This document shows positions 19,192-29,049 of a DNA stretch of 64,000 nucleotides, piece by piece. A program made the position numbers and the translations under genes. The stretch covers positions 1,536,001 to 1,600,000 of the forward strand of contig OZ223236.1 in the NCBI GenBank assembly GCA_965140445.1. The letters are read 5' to 3'. The notes under the pieces are model-generated. The model was given only the letters and a program-made list of their open reading frames with translations. It was not told the origin of the DNA and made no database searches. How positions within the stretch are numbered: position 1 is the stretch's first letter; each line of letters starts with the position of its first letter. Source of the stretch: Candidatus Ozemobacteraceae bacterium. Its GTDB lineage: Bacteria > Muiribacteriota > Ozemobacteria > Ozemobacterales > Ozemobacteraceae.

Positions 19192-20751
19192 CTATGGTCC
19201 TCGAACAGCCATTCCCCAGTAAAGCGCTCCAAGATTTTCTTGTACCCCGGATCCGTTGGTTGGCATTTGAACTCTCATATGTTTTAAGGGAATTGGGTTT
19301 ATGAATGCGGTAGAGGTCCAATACCATCCAGTCTGAATGCCGGTAAAAAGATACTGAGAGCCTGGCGATATGGCTTCTACTCCAGAGGTTAGGGTAAGCA
19401 TTTCATTCATGGTGGGCAAGCGCCAGTCATAACTTGATGACCCATCGGTAAGGTCGCTCGGACTCCCATTGCTTATATAAGATATGTTCGCGCTGCAAGA
19501 TGCATAGGTTCCCCAAAAGTTATTGCCCTTATGATACCATACCAGGCCCGTAGTAGTATCAGTTATGGTCCCGTTGCCATTGTGGCACCATCTGCCTCCG
19601 GCACTAAATGTGCCAGTACAGCTAGTTCCACCAGCAAGGGTTCCGGTAATTTCCGAGCCACTGACATAAGCTTTTTTGCCCAAACTAATATTTGCCGCTG
19701 CTGCATTACCAGTAGAAGTATCGACTACATTGCTATTTCCAGCAACGCCGAAAAGGTTAACTCCGGCTCTGATATTGCCGGAAATAAGATCTGCATCACC
19801 AGTAACTTTACCAGTGCCGTTATGATAGCCTTGGGTTATAGTTATGTTGGTGGTTGTGGGGGTTACATTTTGAATACCAATGTTTGGCATATTTCCAGTT
19901 ACTTCTGAACCATCAACCCAGGCTTTTTTGCCGGAAAGAATCTGGCCGGCAACTGCATCGCCAGATGTGGTATCAACCACTTCTGTTTTTCCATTTACAC
20001 CAAATATGGTGACTCCTGCTCTGATGTTTCCAGTAGCTAAGTCTGCGTCAATTGTGGTAAGCGTTGTTGCACTGTAATATCCGGCAGAAACATTAGCGCT
20101 GTTTGCACTTAAGGTTTGGGTTAGTAGATTTCCTGTAATTTCAGCACCGTCGACCCATGTCTTTTTGCCTGACATAATGTTTGAAGCTGTTGCGTCACCA
20201 GAAGTAGTATCAACAACTTCTGTTTTTCCAGTAACTCCAAAAATGGTTGTGCCAGCCTTGATATTTTCAGTGGTCAGGTCAGTATCACCAGCAACCTTAC
20301 CGCTGCCGCTGTGATAGCCCTGAGAGATTGTCTGGTCAGCGGTTGAAGGAGTAATGTTCTGTTGCCCTATGTTGGGCATGGTTCCAACTCTTGGTCCCCA
20401 TTGAGCAGAAGAGAGGCCCCAGAACTTTTTCCCCTGAAGAACATTTGCATCGGTTGCGCCGTTGGTGTCATCTTTAGCAGGCATTTTGCCCATAAGATCA
20501 TTTAAATTATGCATTGATCCGGTGGTTGGACCAGTAACTGGTTCGACAAAACTACCAGATCGTTTGGTGCCAGTGGTTCCATTTAGAAGTCTTTGATATA
20601 AGTCTTCCATTGTGAACATGGCACTACCAGAGTTTTCAGGAGAGGATGAGGGACTCAAATCTCCGGCAAACAAAATGGAGACCCCAAAAAGACTTAGCCC
20701 TATAGTTAAGCTCAAAATAAGACTTTTTGCTTTTGATTTAATGATTTTCAT
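19192..20751 (-). CDS. secreted fibre-like protein with tail-fibre-type repeats and C-terminal DUF1566 (Lcl) domain
   Basis: Signal peptide; three ~80-aa repeats (DLxxxNIxAGxxxFGVxG...VVDT...GKKxxVxGxExTG); NGNGTITDTTTGLVW, DWRLPTMNEM, YWTST, AVRG. Confidence 0.85.
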   Translation of the reverse strand: MKIIKSKAKSLILSLTIGLSLFGVSILFAGDLSPSSSPENSGSAMFTMEDLYQRLLNGTTGTKRSGSFVEPVTGPTTGSMHNLNDLMGKMPAKDDTNGATDANVLQGKKFWGLSSAQWGPRVGTMPNIGQQNITPSTADQTISQGYHSGSGKVAGDTDLTTENIKAGTTIFGVTGKTEVVDTTSGDATASNIMSGKKTWVDGAEITGNLLTQTLSANSANVSAGYYSATTLTTIDADLATGNIRAGVTIFGVNGKTEVVDTTSGDAVAGQILSGKKAWVDGSEVTGNMPNIGIQNVTPTTTNITITQGYHNGTGKVTGDADLISGNIRAGVNLFGVAGNSNVVDTSTGNAAAANISLGKKAYVSGSEITGTLAGGTSCTGTFSAGGRWCHNGNGTITDTTTGLVWYHKGNNFWGTYASCSANISYISNGSPSDLTDGSSSYDWRLPTMNEMLTLTSGVEAISPGSQYLFTGIQTGWYWTSTAFINPIPLKHMRVQMPTNGSGVQENLGALYWGMAVRGP

Positions 20752-20760
20752 GATCTTTCC

Positions 20761-23565
20761 TTATATTCCGAACTGCACTTTATATGCTGAACCTGAAAGT
20801 TTTATCCAACCAATGTTTTCACCCCAGACATAACCGGATAGCTCACCGGTTTGCTGATTGATTGATGCATTGCCATTTGCCGCGCCAAAATTTATCCAGC
20901 CGGCGTTTTCACTGTAAGCAAATCCCGATAATTTTCCGTCGCTGGAGATATTGACTCCCCAGTTGCTTGATGAGCTATTTGCAAAAGGTGCAGCGGTCGA
21001 TGAATTGGCAAATTTTATCCAACCAAGGTTTTCTCCCCAGGCAAAGCCAGAAAGAAAGCCGTTTGCTCCAAGTTTTGCTGCAACCTTACCTTGATCCGAA
21101 GAGAAATTTATCCAGCCAGCATTTTCGCCATAAGCAAATTTGTTACTGGCATTAACTTCCGCATTTATCGGTGCAAACGATGCACTGACATCAATATTTG
21201 AACTGATGTTAGTATCAGTTCTTGGGTTTTCAGTTTTTCCGTCGCTCCAGCCAGTGAATTTGTATCCAGTAGCAGGTGCGGCGGTAACGGCTGTTCCATT
21301 TGAACCGTAGCCAATTATCTGGGTCGCAGAGCCATTTATGGAGCCATTTTGCCCCGCGGTATATTTAACGGTAAATTTGTTTAAGCTGTATATGGCATAT
21401 ATTGTAATGTCTTCGGAAACTGTTGTTGCGGTGGTAAATTCTGTCCCAGTTCCATCTGGTTTGGTGTTCCAGTTTGTAAATGTATGACCTGTTTTTATTG
21501 GAGTTGTGGGTAAATTTGCAACTGTTTTACCGGCATTAACAATAATTTTGTCTGGATCAGGAGCGGTGGTTCCACCATTTTTATCAAAAGTGACAGTGTG
21601 GGTCACAATCGCTTCAGGAGTCCATTTTGCATAAAGGATCAAATCAGATGATCCAATTTTGAAGGTTCCATCGACGGCATAGGTGATGCCGGTTCCATCA
21701 GATTTTGTGTTCCAGCCAGAAAAAGTGAAGCCAGCTTTAGTAAGATTTCCGGAATTTGATTTGACTGTTACGTCAGCGTTGGCTATGTATTTTTGGTCAT
21801 CGGTGGGAACTTCGCCGGCATCATTTCCATTGCCATTGTATTGAATTGAATAGGTTTCAGAGGCTTGAGGTAGCCACTGAGCATAGAGAGTAATGTCAGT
21901 TTTTTCAATTTTCAGCTTTGAATCTGGTGAGTAAGCTGTTCCAGTGCCATCAGATTTTGTGTTCCAGCCAGAAAAAGTGAAGCCAGCTTTAGTAAGATTT
22001 CCGGAATTTGATTTGACTGTTACGTCGGCGTTGGCTATGTATTTTTGGTCATCGGTGGGAACTTCGCCGGCATCATTTCCATTGCCATTGTATTGAATTG
22101 AATAGGTTTCAGAGGCTTGAGGTAGCCACTGAGCATAGAGAGTAATGTCAGTTTTTTCAATTTTCAGCTTTGAATCTGGTGAGTAAGCTGTTCCAGTGCC
22201 ATCAGATTTTGTGTTCCAGCCAGAAAAAGTGAAGCCAGCTTTAGTAAGATTTCCGGAATTTGATTTGACTGTTACGTCGGCGTTGGCTATGTATTTTTGG
22301 TCATCGGTGGGAACTTCGCCGGCATCATTTCCATTGCCATTGTATTGAATTGAATAGGTTTCAGAGGCTTGAGGTAGCCACTGAGCATAGAGAGTAATGT
22401 CAGTTTTTTCAATTTTCAGCTTTGAATCCGGTGAGTAAGCTGTTCCAGTGCCGTCGGCCTTTGTGTTCCAGTTTGAAAAGGTAAAGCCAGTCTTTGCCAG
22501 GTCTGTTGGATTTCCTTTAACTGTAACCGTTGCCCCTTCGATGTACGCTGCTGAATCTACTGGAACTTCACCGCTGGTGTTGCCATTGCCGGAGTAAGTG
22601 ACGGAATATTTGGGGGTGCCTTTAATGAGAATGGATAATGAGGCTTTAACAGTTTTTCCAGCATTGGTCACGGAGACGGTAATTGTTGCCAGGCCAGCAT
22701 CCTCAGGGGAGGTCCAGGTCCTTTCAATCACAGTTCCGCTGATGTTTGTCGGTTGTCCTAAAGTTCCTTTGGTGGCAGTCCATTCAATTTTTTCAGGGTT
22801 TTCTGGAAAAAGAATCGCTCTAATTTTGCTGTCAGTATTTGGATATACCCCATCGGTGCTTTTTTCATTGGTAACATTTATCAATGAAACCCTTGGCAGC
22901 AGGGCTAGTCTTGCAGGAGTGAAGGGAAGAAAAAATTCTACCTTTTGGGTCTGACCGCCGTTTCCAAATGATATTGGAAGGCGTATCTGGGTTGGTAAAC
23001 CAAAATTAACAATAATTTCATTAATGGCATTTTGTATGTTTTGAAAGTCGGGCAAAGGGGGAGTTTCAAAGCTACCGTCTTCCTTAACTTCAAACTCTTC
23101 GCCCCAGAGATAAAGTTTTGTTCCTGGGCTAAGAGTTGACCCATCTTCATTTTTTAAAGTTCCCTTTACGATATTTTTAGCTTCAGTTACTACAAGGTCA
23201 AGGTTTGTGTTTTCGTTTTGTTTTACTGAAGTATCAACAGACCTTACCTTAAAAATTGTTGAGCCCTGGGAAAACTTTACTACGATCTTAAAAACACCGG
23301 CAGGAACCTTGGAAATAAGAAACTTTCCGTTGGCATCAGTCATGGCAAAAAATTCAGGGTGCTGTTCCAGCCAAACTTTAGCATTGGCAGCAGCCAGTCC
23401 ATTAGACCTAAGCGACGGACTTGTACCCTGAGTAATTGTTCCGCTAATGGTGGCGTTGCCTACAGTTGTAAATTCATCGTCTTCATCTGAGTAGCTATGA
23501 CGGCAGCCGTTAAAAGAAACCAGGCATAACAAAATCAGAGCAATAAAAATTCTATCTATTTTCAA
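20761..23565 (-). CDS. surface lipoprotein with carboxypeptidase-regulatory-like domain, InlB B-repeats (Flg_new) and C-terminal GENxGWI repeats
   Basis: Lipobox FNGC; repeated GFTFSGWNTKSDGTG...TLYAQW; four G/SENxGWI units. Confidence 0.88.
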   Translation of the reverse strand: MKIDRIFIALILLCLVSFNGCRHSYSDEDDEFTTVGNATISGTITQGTSPSLRSNGLAAANAKVWLEQHPEFFAMTDANGKFLISKVPAGVFKIVVKFSQGSTIFKVRSVDTSVKQNENTNLDLVVTEAKNIVKGTLKNEDGSTLSPGTKLYLWGEEFEVKEDGSFETPPLPDFQNIQNAINEIIVNFGLPTQIRLPISFGNGGQTQKVEFFLPFTPARLALLPRVSLINVTNEKSTDGVYPNTDSKIRAILFPENPEKIEWTATKGTLGQPTNISGTVIERTWTSPEDAGLATITVSVTNAGKTVKASLSILIKGTPKYSVTYSGNGNTSGEVPVDSAAYIEGATVTVKGNPTDLAKTGFTFSNWNTKADGTGTAYSPDSKLKIEKTDITLYAQWLPQASETYSIQYNGNGNDAGEVPTDDQKYIANADVTVKSNSGNLTKAGFTFSGWNTKSDGTGTAYSPDSKLKIEKTDITLYAQWLPQASETYSIQYNGNGNDAGEVPTDDQKYIANADVTVKSNSGNLTKAGFTFSGWNTKSDGTGTAYSPDSKLKIEKTDITLYAQWLPQASETYSIQYNGNGNDAGEVPTDDQKYIANADVTVKSNSGNLTKAGFTFSGWNTKSDGTGITYAVDGTFKIGSSDLILYAKWTPEAIVTHTVTFDKNGGTTAPDPDKIIVNAGKTVANLPTTPIKTGHTFTNWNTKPDGTGTEFTTATTVSEDITIYAIYSLNKFTVKYTAGQNGSINGSATQIIGYGSNGTAVTAAPATGYKFTGWSDGKTENPRTDTNISSNIDVSASFAPINAEVNASNKFAYGENAGWINFSSDQGKVAAKLGANGFLSGFAWGENLGWIKFANSSTAAPFANSSSSNWGVNISSDGKLSGFAYSENAGWINFGAANGNASINQQTGELSGYVWGENIGWIKLSGSAYKVQFGI
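21695..22452. repeat. three tandem 252-bp (84-aa) near-identical repeats
   Basis: TTGAATTGAATAGG recurs at 21841, 22093, 22345; only two substitutions seen by eye. Confidence 0.95.
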
Positions 23566-23923
23566 AATTTGGGGTGCTCTCTCAATACTATAATTTTATT
23601 TATTCTATCTACCTTTGGTGTTTGTTGGCAAGTTTAGTCACAGCAGTGTTTTGGTGAAAAAAATGAAAATCTTCATATTTTACAGAAACATGCTTCAGCG
23701 ACTCTTGTGCGTAAGCTCATTTTCGGGTGGGGGATAGATTTAAGAGGCGATAAGAATAACTTTTTAGTGGAGGTTCCTATAGCAATCAATCCAGAGTAGA
23801 CAATTTTCTGAGTGATGGGGCAAAAGAGCTTAATTGGCATTAGAAGCGCTTGAAACACCATCCCAAAATTTTATTAAATGTATGCTAAAATCACTCTAAC
23901 AGCATGTAAAGAAGTTAAATAAT

Positions 23924-24652
23924 ATGGATGAACTTAACGATTTCTCGGTAGAAAGTGATTTTTATAGCGATAAGTTTAGGGAAATTAAGGTTGCTCTGAA
24001 ATCGCCTCTTAAAAGAACTTTCTGGTATCTAAGCATTCTGAGTTTTCTTGCAATTGGATTTGCCTGGTTTTTAAATGTTGAAAAGGAATTGACGCCCCAG
24101 ACAATAGGAGTAATGATAGTTTACACTGGATGCCTGGTTTTCTTTACCGGTTTGTATTTCAATACGGACAATTTTTATGTCTTTGACCTTGAAAGTAAGC
24201 AAATTTTTCACCATTTCAAATTCTTCTTTTATAAAAAAGTAAGGTTTTTTGCAAATTTCTCTGATGTGCATGCAGTCACTTTAACAGGAAGAAATCAGGG
24301 TAGCTATTTTGACGCATCCTTTAACTACAGGGTTAAGGCGATTTTGAATTCCGGGGAATGTTTTTATCTAAGCGATGAAACTTATGAAGGGCAAGAAAAG
24401 CAGACCAGGATCGCAAGGAAAATTTCTGCCATAACTGGTGCAGAATTAGTGAAGAGTTTTCCTGGCTGTAATGCTGTTCCCAAAAAGTCAGGGGAAAGAT
24501 TTAGCTTCAGTTTTTATGAGTGTTCATGGCTTGATACTACCAAACAAAACTTTATTGAGGTTGTGGCAGGGATTGCATTTATCGCAATTATTATTGCCGT
24601 TGGAAAAAATGGCTCCACAATAGTTAAAATCTTTAAATCCATTTTTGGTTAA
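23924..24652 (+). CDS. hypothetical membrane protein (3 TM, central soluble domain)
   Basis: 242-aa ORF; hydrophobicity pattern. Confidence 0.7.
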   Translation: MDELNDFSVESDFYSDKFREIKVALKSPLKRTFWYLSILSFLAIGFAWFLNVEKELTPQTIGVMIVYTGCLVFFTGLYFNTDNFYVFDLESKQIFHHFKFFFYKKVRFFANFSDVHAVTLTGRNQGSYFDASFNYRVKAILNSGECFYLSDETYEGQEKQTRIARKISAITGAELVKSFPGCNAVPKKSGERFSFSFYECSWLDTTKQNFIEVVAGIAFIAIIIAVGKNGSTIVKIFKSIFG

Positions 24653-24831
24653 CCAGAAAATGTGGTTTTGCCTTGTTGGCGAGTTAAATACCTGGCCGAC
24701 TACCGGGATTTTTTCTATCCTTTAGTTCTCTTCTATAAATAGTCGTGTCGTTGACTTTGCATTCTGCTGTTGATAAGCTGTTATAGAGAGGTTTTTAAGG
24801 CTATGTTTTTGAGTCCGGGGAAGGAAATCTG

Positions 24832-27800
24832 ATGATCGGAAAAAAGGCGTTTTTGACTTGCCCTGACTGTAAGTCTAAATTAGGCAACGATTTTAAGTTT
24901 TGCGCTTATTGTGGAACGGCGTTAAAGTCTTCTGGATCAAACCTTGATAAAAAACTTAAAAATGAGCGCCGCGACGTTTCGGTTCTTTTTGCTGATGTAA
25001 GCGGATTCACCTCAATGTGTGAAACTATGGACCCGGAAGACGTTTTCACTCTCATGAACGATGTTTTTACCGGGCTTGGAAATGCTATCAACGCTCAGGG
25101 TGGCCATATTGATAAATATATAGGTGATAATGTTATGGCGCTTTTCGGTGCGCCAGTTGCTCATGAAAACGACCCTTACCGAGCTTGTAAAGCTGCTCTG
25201 AATATGCAGAGTTTTTTGAGAGATTTTGCCAGAAAACTTCACAAAAAAACTGGCGTATTGCTGAAGATGAGAATCGGAATAAATTGTGGGCTGGTTCTTG
25301 CAGGTTCAATTGGATCAAAAGTTAAACGCGAATACTCTGTTTTAGGTGACAATGTAAATCTTGCTTCCAGACTTGAATCTAATGCTCCTCCAGGTGGGAT
25401 ACTTATTTCAGATAGTATTGCCAGAAGAATTTCCGGATTTGATCTGGCTGAACCAAGGTTAATAAAAGTTAAGGGAAAATCCGAGCCGGTCACGGCCTAC
25501 GAACTGCTTGGTATTCAACAGGGAAAAGCTATAGGGGTTGAGCCCGGCTCTATTTATATTAACCGCAAAATAGAATTAAACGCTCTTGCTAAATTATTGA
25601 AGAAATTTCATGAATTTAAAAAGCCCATCGCTATTTTAGGCGATGCCGGAACCGGAAAAACCAGATTAATTTACGAGTTGCTGAAAAGTCATCAACATAT
25701 TACCGCAGTTTGGGGCAGGGATTTAAAGCAGAATGAGCTTCAGCCTTTTGGTTTTGTCAGCAGATTGCTGCGTGAAAATCTTGGAGAATTAGCCGGAGAT
25801 GAAAATATTGTCCTTGAACCCTTAAAATTGAAAAGTTATCTAATTGGCCTGGACCCAGAGCTTTCGGCGTTTATTCCGGCAATTTTGCATTTACTGTTTC
25901 CTGAAACGTTTTCGCCTCCAGACAGAGACCCGATCTTTTTGAGAAGAACTACCGAAGCTGGCTTGCATGGAATTTTCAATGCTCTTGGAAAGAAACATCA
26001 TCCTATGGTCCTGGTTCTTGATTCTTTTGAAACTGCTGACCAATCATCAATAAAGACTATTAAAAAGATTTTGAACTCTGTAAATCCAGGGAATTTTTTA
26101 ACCATTATCGCATCACGAAAAAATATTGAGGGATTTAACTGGCAGGAAAAGATTGAGATCCAGTCTTTAAATGAAGATGATTCTGAAACTTTAATGAGAA
26201 ACCTGCTAAAAGATGTTCATATACCAGAGAAAAGTCTGACTGGTTTTCTTAACAAAGCTGCTGGTAATCCTCTGTTTATAAAAGAGCTTGCTAGCTGGGC
26301 CATTAGAATTGGCAAAAAAAATAGCAATGAAGATGTTTTGCTTCCACCGTCGTTGCGGGCAATTATTGTGAGCCGTTTAGATCAGTTATCCCATGTAGAG
26401 CAAGAATTTGTAAGGGTTTGTTCTGTACAGGGACAGCAGTTTGATCTTAATGTCTCAGTAAAAGCCGGCAAGTTTAAGATTAAAGATTTAGAGTTAAAGA
26501 TTCTTCCTGATTTAGAAATGGCAGACATAGTTGCCAGAAGCCCATATTCAAATCAGAATGAATGGTTTTTCAAGCAAAATTTGCTTCAGGAAGTTTGTTA
26601 CGAGACTATGCTTCTGAAAGATAGAAGAAGTCTACACCTGTCCACAGCTAAAGCTCTGATCGAAATTTCAAATGAGCACAATGCTGTGCCCCCGGAATTG
26701 CTGGCTTACCATTATGAACGTGCTGAAGAATGGAAAAATTCTGCAATATCTAAACTTCAAGCTGGAGATAAGGCGAAGAGCTTTGGCCTTTATAATGAGT
26801 CTCTATGTTGGTTTCGGGGAGCATTAGAAGATCTGGGCAGGCTAAATAAGAATGTAAAAGGATCTTCTCAGATTTTGTTTCCAATTTATGAGGGGTTGAC
26901 CCAGGTTCTAGTTAGAACGGGAGATACTGAGGAAGCTGTTAAAATTTGCTCATCATTGCAAAAGCAAGCCCGTAAGCCAGATGAGAGGATTGCGGCTTTG
27001 CGGTTAATGGCAGAGTTGGCAAGAATTCAAGGTGATTTTAAAGCTGCCGAATCATTTTTCCAAAAGGGAATTACTCTATTTAAAAAGCATGAAAATTACC
27101 AACGAAATCTTCAGTTATTTAGTGATTATGCTGAGCATTTATTAAAAGCTGGAAGATTTTCTGAAGCACTTGAAGCTGCCAAAATATTTAGAAAGTATAC
27201 GTTTAATGATGCCAGAACCAGTATTCAGGCTGATACGCTCGAAGGAAAAATTGAGTATGCGCAGGGTAACTTTTCAAGTGCCAGAACCTTGTTCTTGCGG
27301 GCTTATAAGGCGTCGAAACAACAACCAGGATTGTCTGAAAAAGCCATAAGTGCAAATCTTCTGGGCAATAATGAAAGGGATCTTGGTAATTACACTAAGG
27401 CTAGAAAATATTTTCTTGATGCTCTAAAAGCATGGGAAAGAGCTGGCGATATAGAAGGAATTGCCGGAGGAAACAATAACCTTGCGAATCTGGCTATGAG
27501 TGTTGGCGATTTCAAGTTGTCAGAAAAGCACCATTCAGAAGCACTTAAACGTTGGAAAAATGCGGGAAATGTCGCCGGTGCGGCTCTTTCTCTAGCGAAT
27601 CTGGCAATTTTGTCATTAGAGCAGGGGCGTGGAATTGATGCCGTCAGTCATGCACGAAACGCCATGCAAAGTATGGGGGCTGGCGGTAATGTTACCCTTA
27701 CTTCATTCGTTAGAGTGATTGAAGGGGAGGGGCTTTTTTTATCGGGAGATGCGGAAGAAGCCGAAAAAAGGTTTTCTCAGGTTTTGAAGGAATTTAGTCC

Positions 27801-28104
27801 GGAACGGGCCAGACTAGCTCATGCGGGCGCGAAGAGAGGACTTGGCAAGATTCAGGCTTTGAAAAATAATTTTATTGAAGCGCTTAGATTTTTTACTGAA
27901 GCTGAAGAAAATTTTGTTCAATTAAAACGATCTCAAGAAGCAACCAGAACTGGGGTTTTGATTGCTGAAACCCTTTTGAAGCAAGGTGAAAAAGTATTGG
28001 CAAGAAGAAAGCTGGTTGAGGCAGAAAAAGCATTTGCCACAATGAAAGCAGCCAAAGACCTGACCAGGGTCAGGTCTTTGCTTAAGAAAATTAATCGAAA
28101 TTAA
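24832..28104 (+). CDS. zinc-ribbon + class III adenylate/guanylate cyclase + P-loop ATPase + TPR protein
   Basis: CPDC..FCAYCG; FADVSGFT, KYIGDNVMA, GDNVNLASRLE; Walker A GDAGTGKT; GNPLFIKEL; TPR-like C-terminus. Confidence 0.92.
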   Translation: MIGKKAFLTCPDCKSKLGNDFKFCAYCGTALKSSGSNLDKKLKNERRDVSVLFADVSGFTSMCETMDPEDVFTLMNDVFTGLGNAINAQGGHIDKYIGDNVMALFGAPVAHENDPYRACKAALNMQSFLRDFARKLHKKTGVLLKMRIGINCGLVLAGSIGSKVKREYSVLGDNVNLASRLESNAPPGGILISDSIARRISGFDLAEPRLIKVKGKSEPVTAYELLGIQQGKAIGVEPGSIYINRKIELNALAKLLKKFHEFKKPIAILGDAGTGKTRLIYELLKSHQHITAVWGRDLKQNELQPFGFVSRLLRENLGELAGDENIVLEPLKLKSYLIGLDPELSAFIPAILHLLFPETFSPPDRDPIFLRRTTEAGLHGIFNALGKKHHPMVLVLDSFETADQSSIKTIKKILNSVNPGNFLTIIASRKNIEGFNWQEKIEIQSLNEDDSETLMRNLLKDVHIPEKSLTGFLNKAAGNPLFIKELASWAIRIGKKNSNEDVLLPPSLRAIIVSRLDQLSHVEQEFVRVCSVQGQQFDLNVSVKAGKFKIKDLELKILPDLEMADIVARSPYSNQNEWFFKQNLLQEVCYETMLLKDRRSLHLSTAKALIEISNEHNAVPPELLAYHYERAEEWKNSAISKLQAGDKAKSFGLYNESLCWFRGALEDLGRLNKNVKGSSQILFPIYEGLTQVLVRTGDTEEAVKICSSLQKQARKPDERIAALRLMAELARIQGDFKAAESFFQKGITLFKKHENYQRNLQLFSDYAEHLLKAGRFSEALEAAKIFRKYTFNDARTSIQADTLEGKIEYAQGNFSSARTLFLRAYKASKQQPGLSEKAISANLLGNNERDLGNYTKARKYFLDALKAWERAGDIEGIAGGNNNLANLAMSVGDFKLSEKHHSEALKRWKNAGNVAGAALSLANLAILSLEQGRGIDAVSHARNAMQSMGAGGNVTLTSFVRVIEGEGLFLSGDAEEAEKRFSQVLKEFSPERARLAHAGAKRGLGKIQALKNNFIEALRFFTEAEENFVQLKRSQEATRTGVLIAETLLKQGEKVLARRKLVEAEKAFATMKAAKDLTRVRSLLKKINRN

Positions 28105-28927
28105 GTCCTATCCCAAAGAAAAGTCCTGGGTTCTTAGAATAACCTGGTTGTACGAGTCCAAGCGAACAGCCAAATCCACCAGCTTTTTTGTATTGAGCAC
28201 CGAATGCCCATGGGGTTTTGGTGTAGAATCCACCTTTGCTTGATATTTCACTTATAAGCGAAAAGTTTCCTTTTAGCTGAACTTCGATTCCACCATAAAC
28301 AAGAGTTGCTGTGTCTTTTGCCAGACTGCTGTTTAAATTTCCTAACCATTTGCCAGTCCATGATCCATCCTGTTTGAATGTTTTTCCGCCAAGGTGAAGC
28401 CTTATTTCACGATCGATTGCAACCTTGCCAATCTTTCTTGAAAAAGCTAAGTTGCCGCCTCTTTTGGCCACATATTTGGTTCCAGGTCGCCAGAAAACTC
28501 CAACGCTTCCTTCCCATCCTGAAATATCTTCGTCAAGGAATCTATATCTCATTGCCGGACCGCTTGCATCCACGGCTTTATCATCGGTGCGATTATCAAA
28601 ACCAGTGTGACTGAAAGCTAGTTCAAATCTATCACTGAATCCATAACCTACGAGTAAGCCTTTCCAATAGGAATCATCGCCAACCCAATCAATATCTGAT
28701 ATGCAGGCTTGAACAGAAATTTCTCCTTTTGGCAGGGTTCCAGAAGTTGGGTTGATAAACATTCCCGGTAAGCCATTAATGGTTATTACACCTCGGGAAC
28801 CTGGATTCCCCGCTGCAAAAAGCTGCCCTGATGATGCAACAAGAGCACCAATCAAAAATAGATAAAACAAAATTGATTTTTTCACAGTGTTAAGTCTCCC
28901 ATCAAAAACTTTCTTCCGAATTTTCAT
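28091..28927 (-). CDS. YjbH-like outer-membrane beta-barrel protein
   Basis: Signal peptide; GLPGMFINPTSGTLPKG; alternating strands; terminal FFGIGLNFD. Confidence 0.6.
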   Translation of the reverse strand: MKIRKKVFDGRLNTVKKSILFYLFLIGALVASSGQLFAAGNPGSRGVITINGLPGMFINPTSGTLPKGEISVQACISDIDWVGDDSYWKGLLVGYGFSDRFELAFSHTGFDNRTDDKAVDASGPAMRYRFLDEDISGWEGSVGVFWRPGTKYVAKRGGNLAFSRKIGKVAIDREIRLHLGGKTFKQDGSWTGKWLGNLNSSLAKDTATLVYGGIEVQLKGNFSLISEISSKGGFYTKTPWAFGAQYKKAGGFGCSLGLVQPGYSKNPGLFFGIGLNFD

Positions 28928-29049
28928 ACTAAGGCGTAAATAATGTCCAAAATGGGACGCCTGTCAAAAAGTATATTTTTCAGAATGTTTATAAGTGGTT
29001 CCGCTTTTTTCTTTTTAGCCTTTTAATAGTGACTTTTAAAAGAAATTTT

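Noticed and set aside
19192..19330. Complete DGR in the window
   Set aside because: No second copy of the region (template repeat) and no reverse transcriptase seen
21695..22452. Repeat array as CRISPR
   Set aside because: 252-bp in-frame coding repeats with no spacers and no cas genes
18812..23920. Island integrated at tRNA-Leu
   Set aside because: No integrase and no duplicated tRNA 3' end found by eye
23566..23923. Long intergenic region as ncRNA, or the 62-aa ORF 23673-23861
   Set aside because: No recognisable RNA motif, RBS or protein signature
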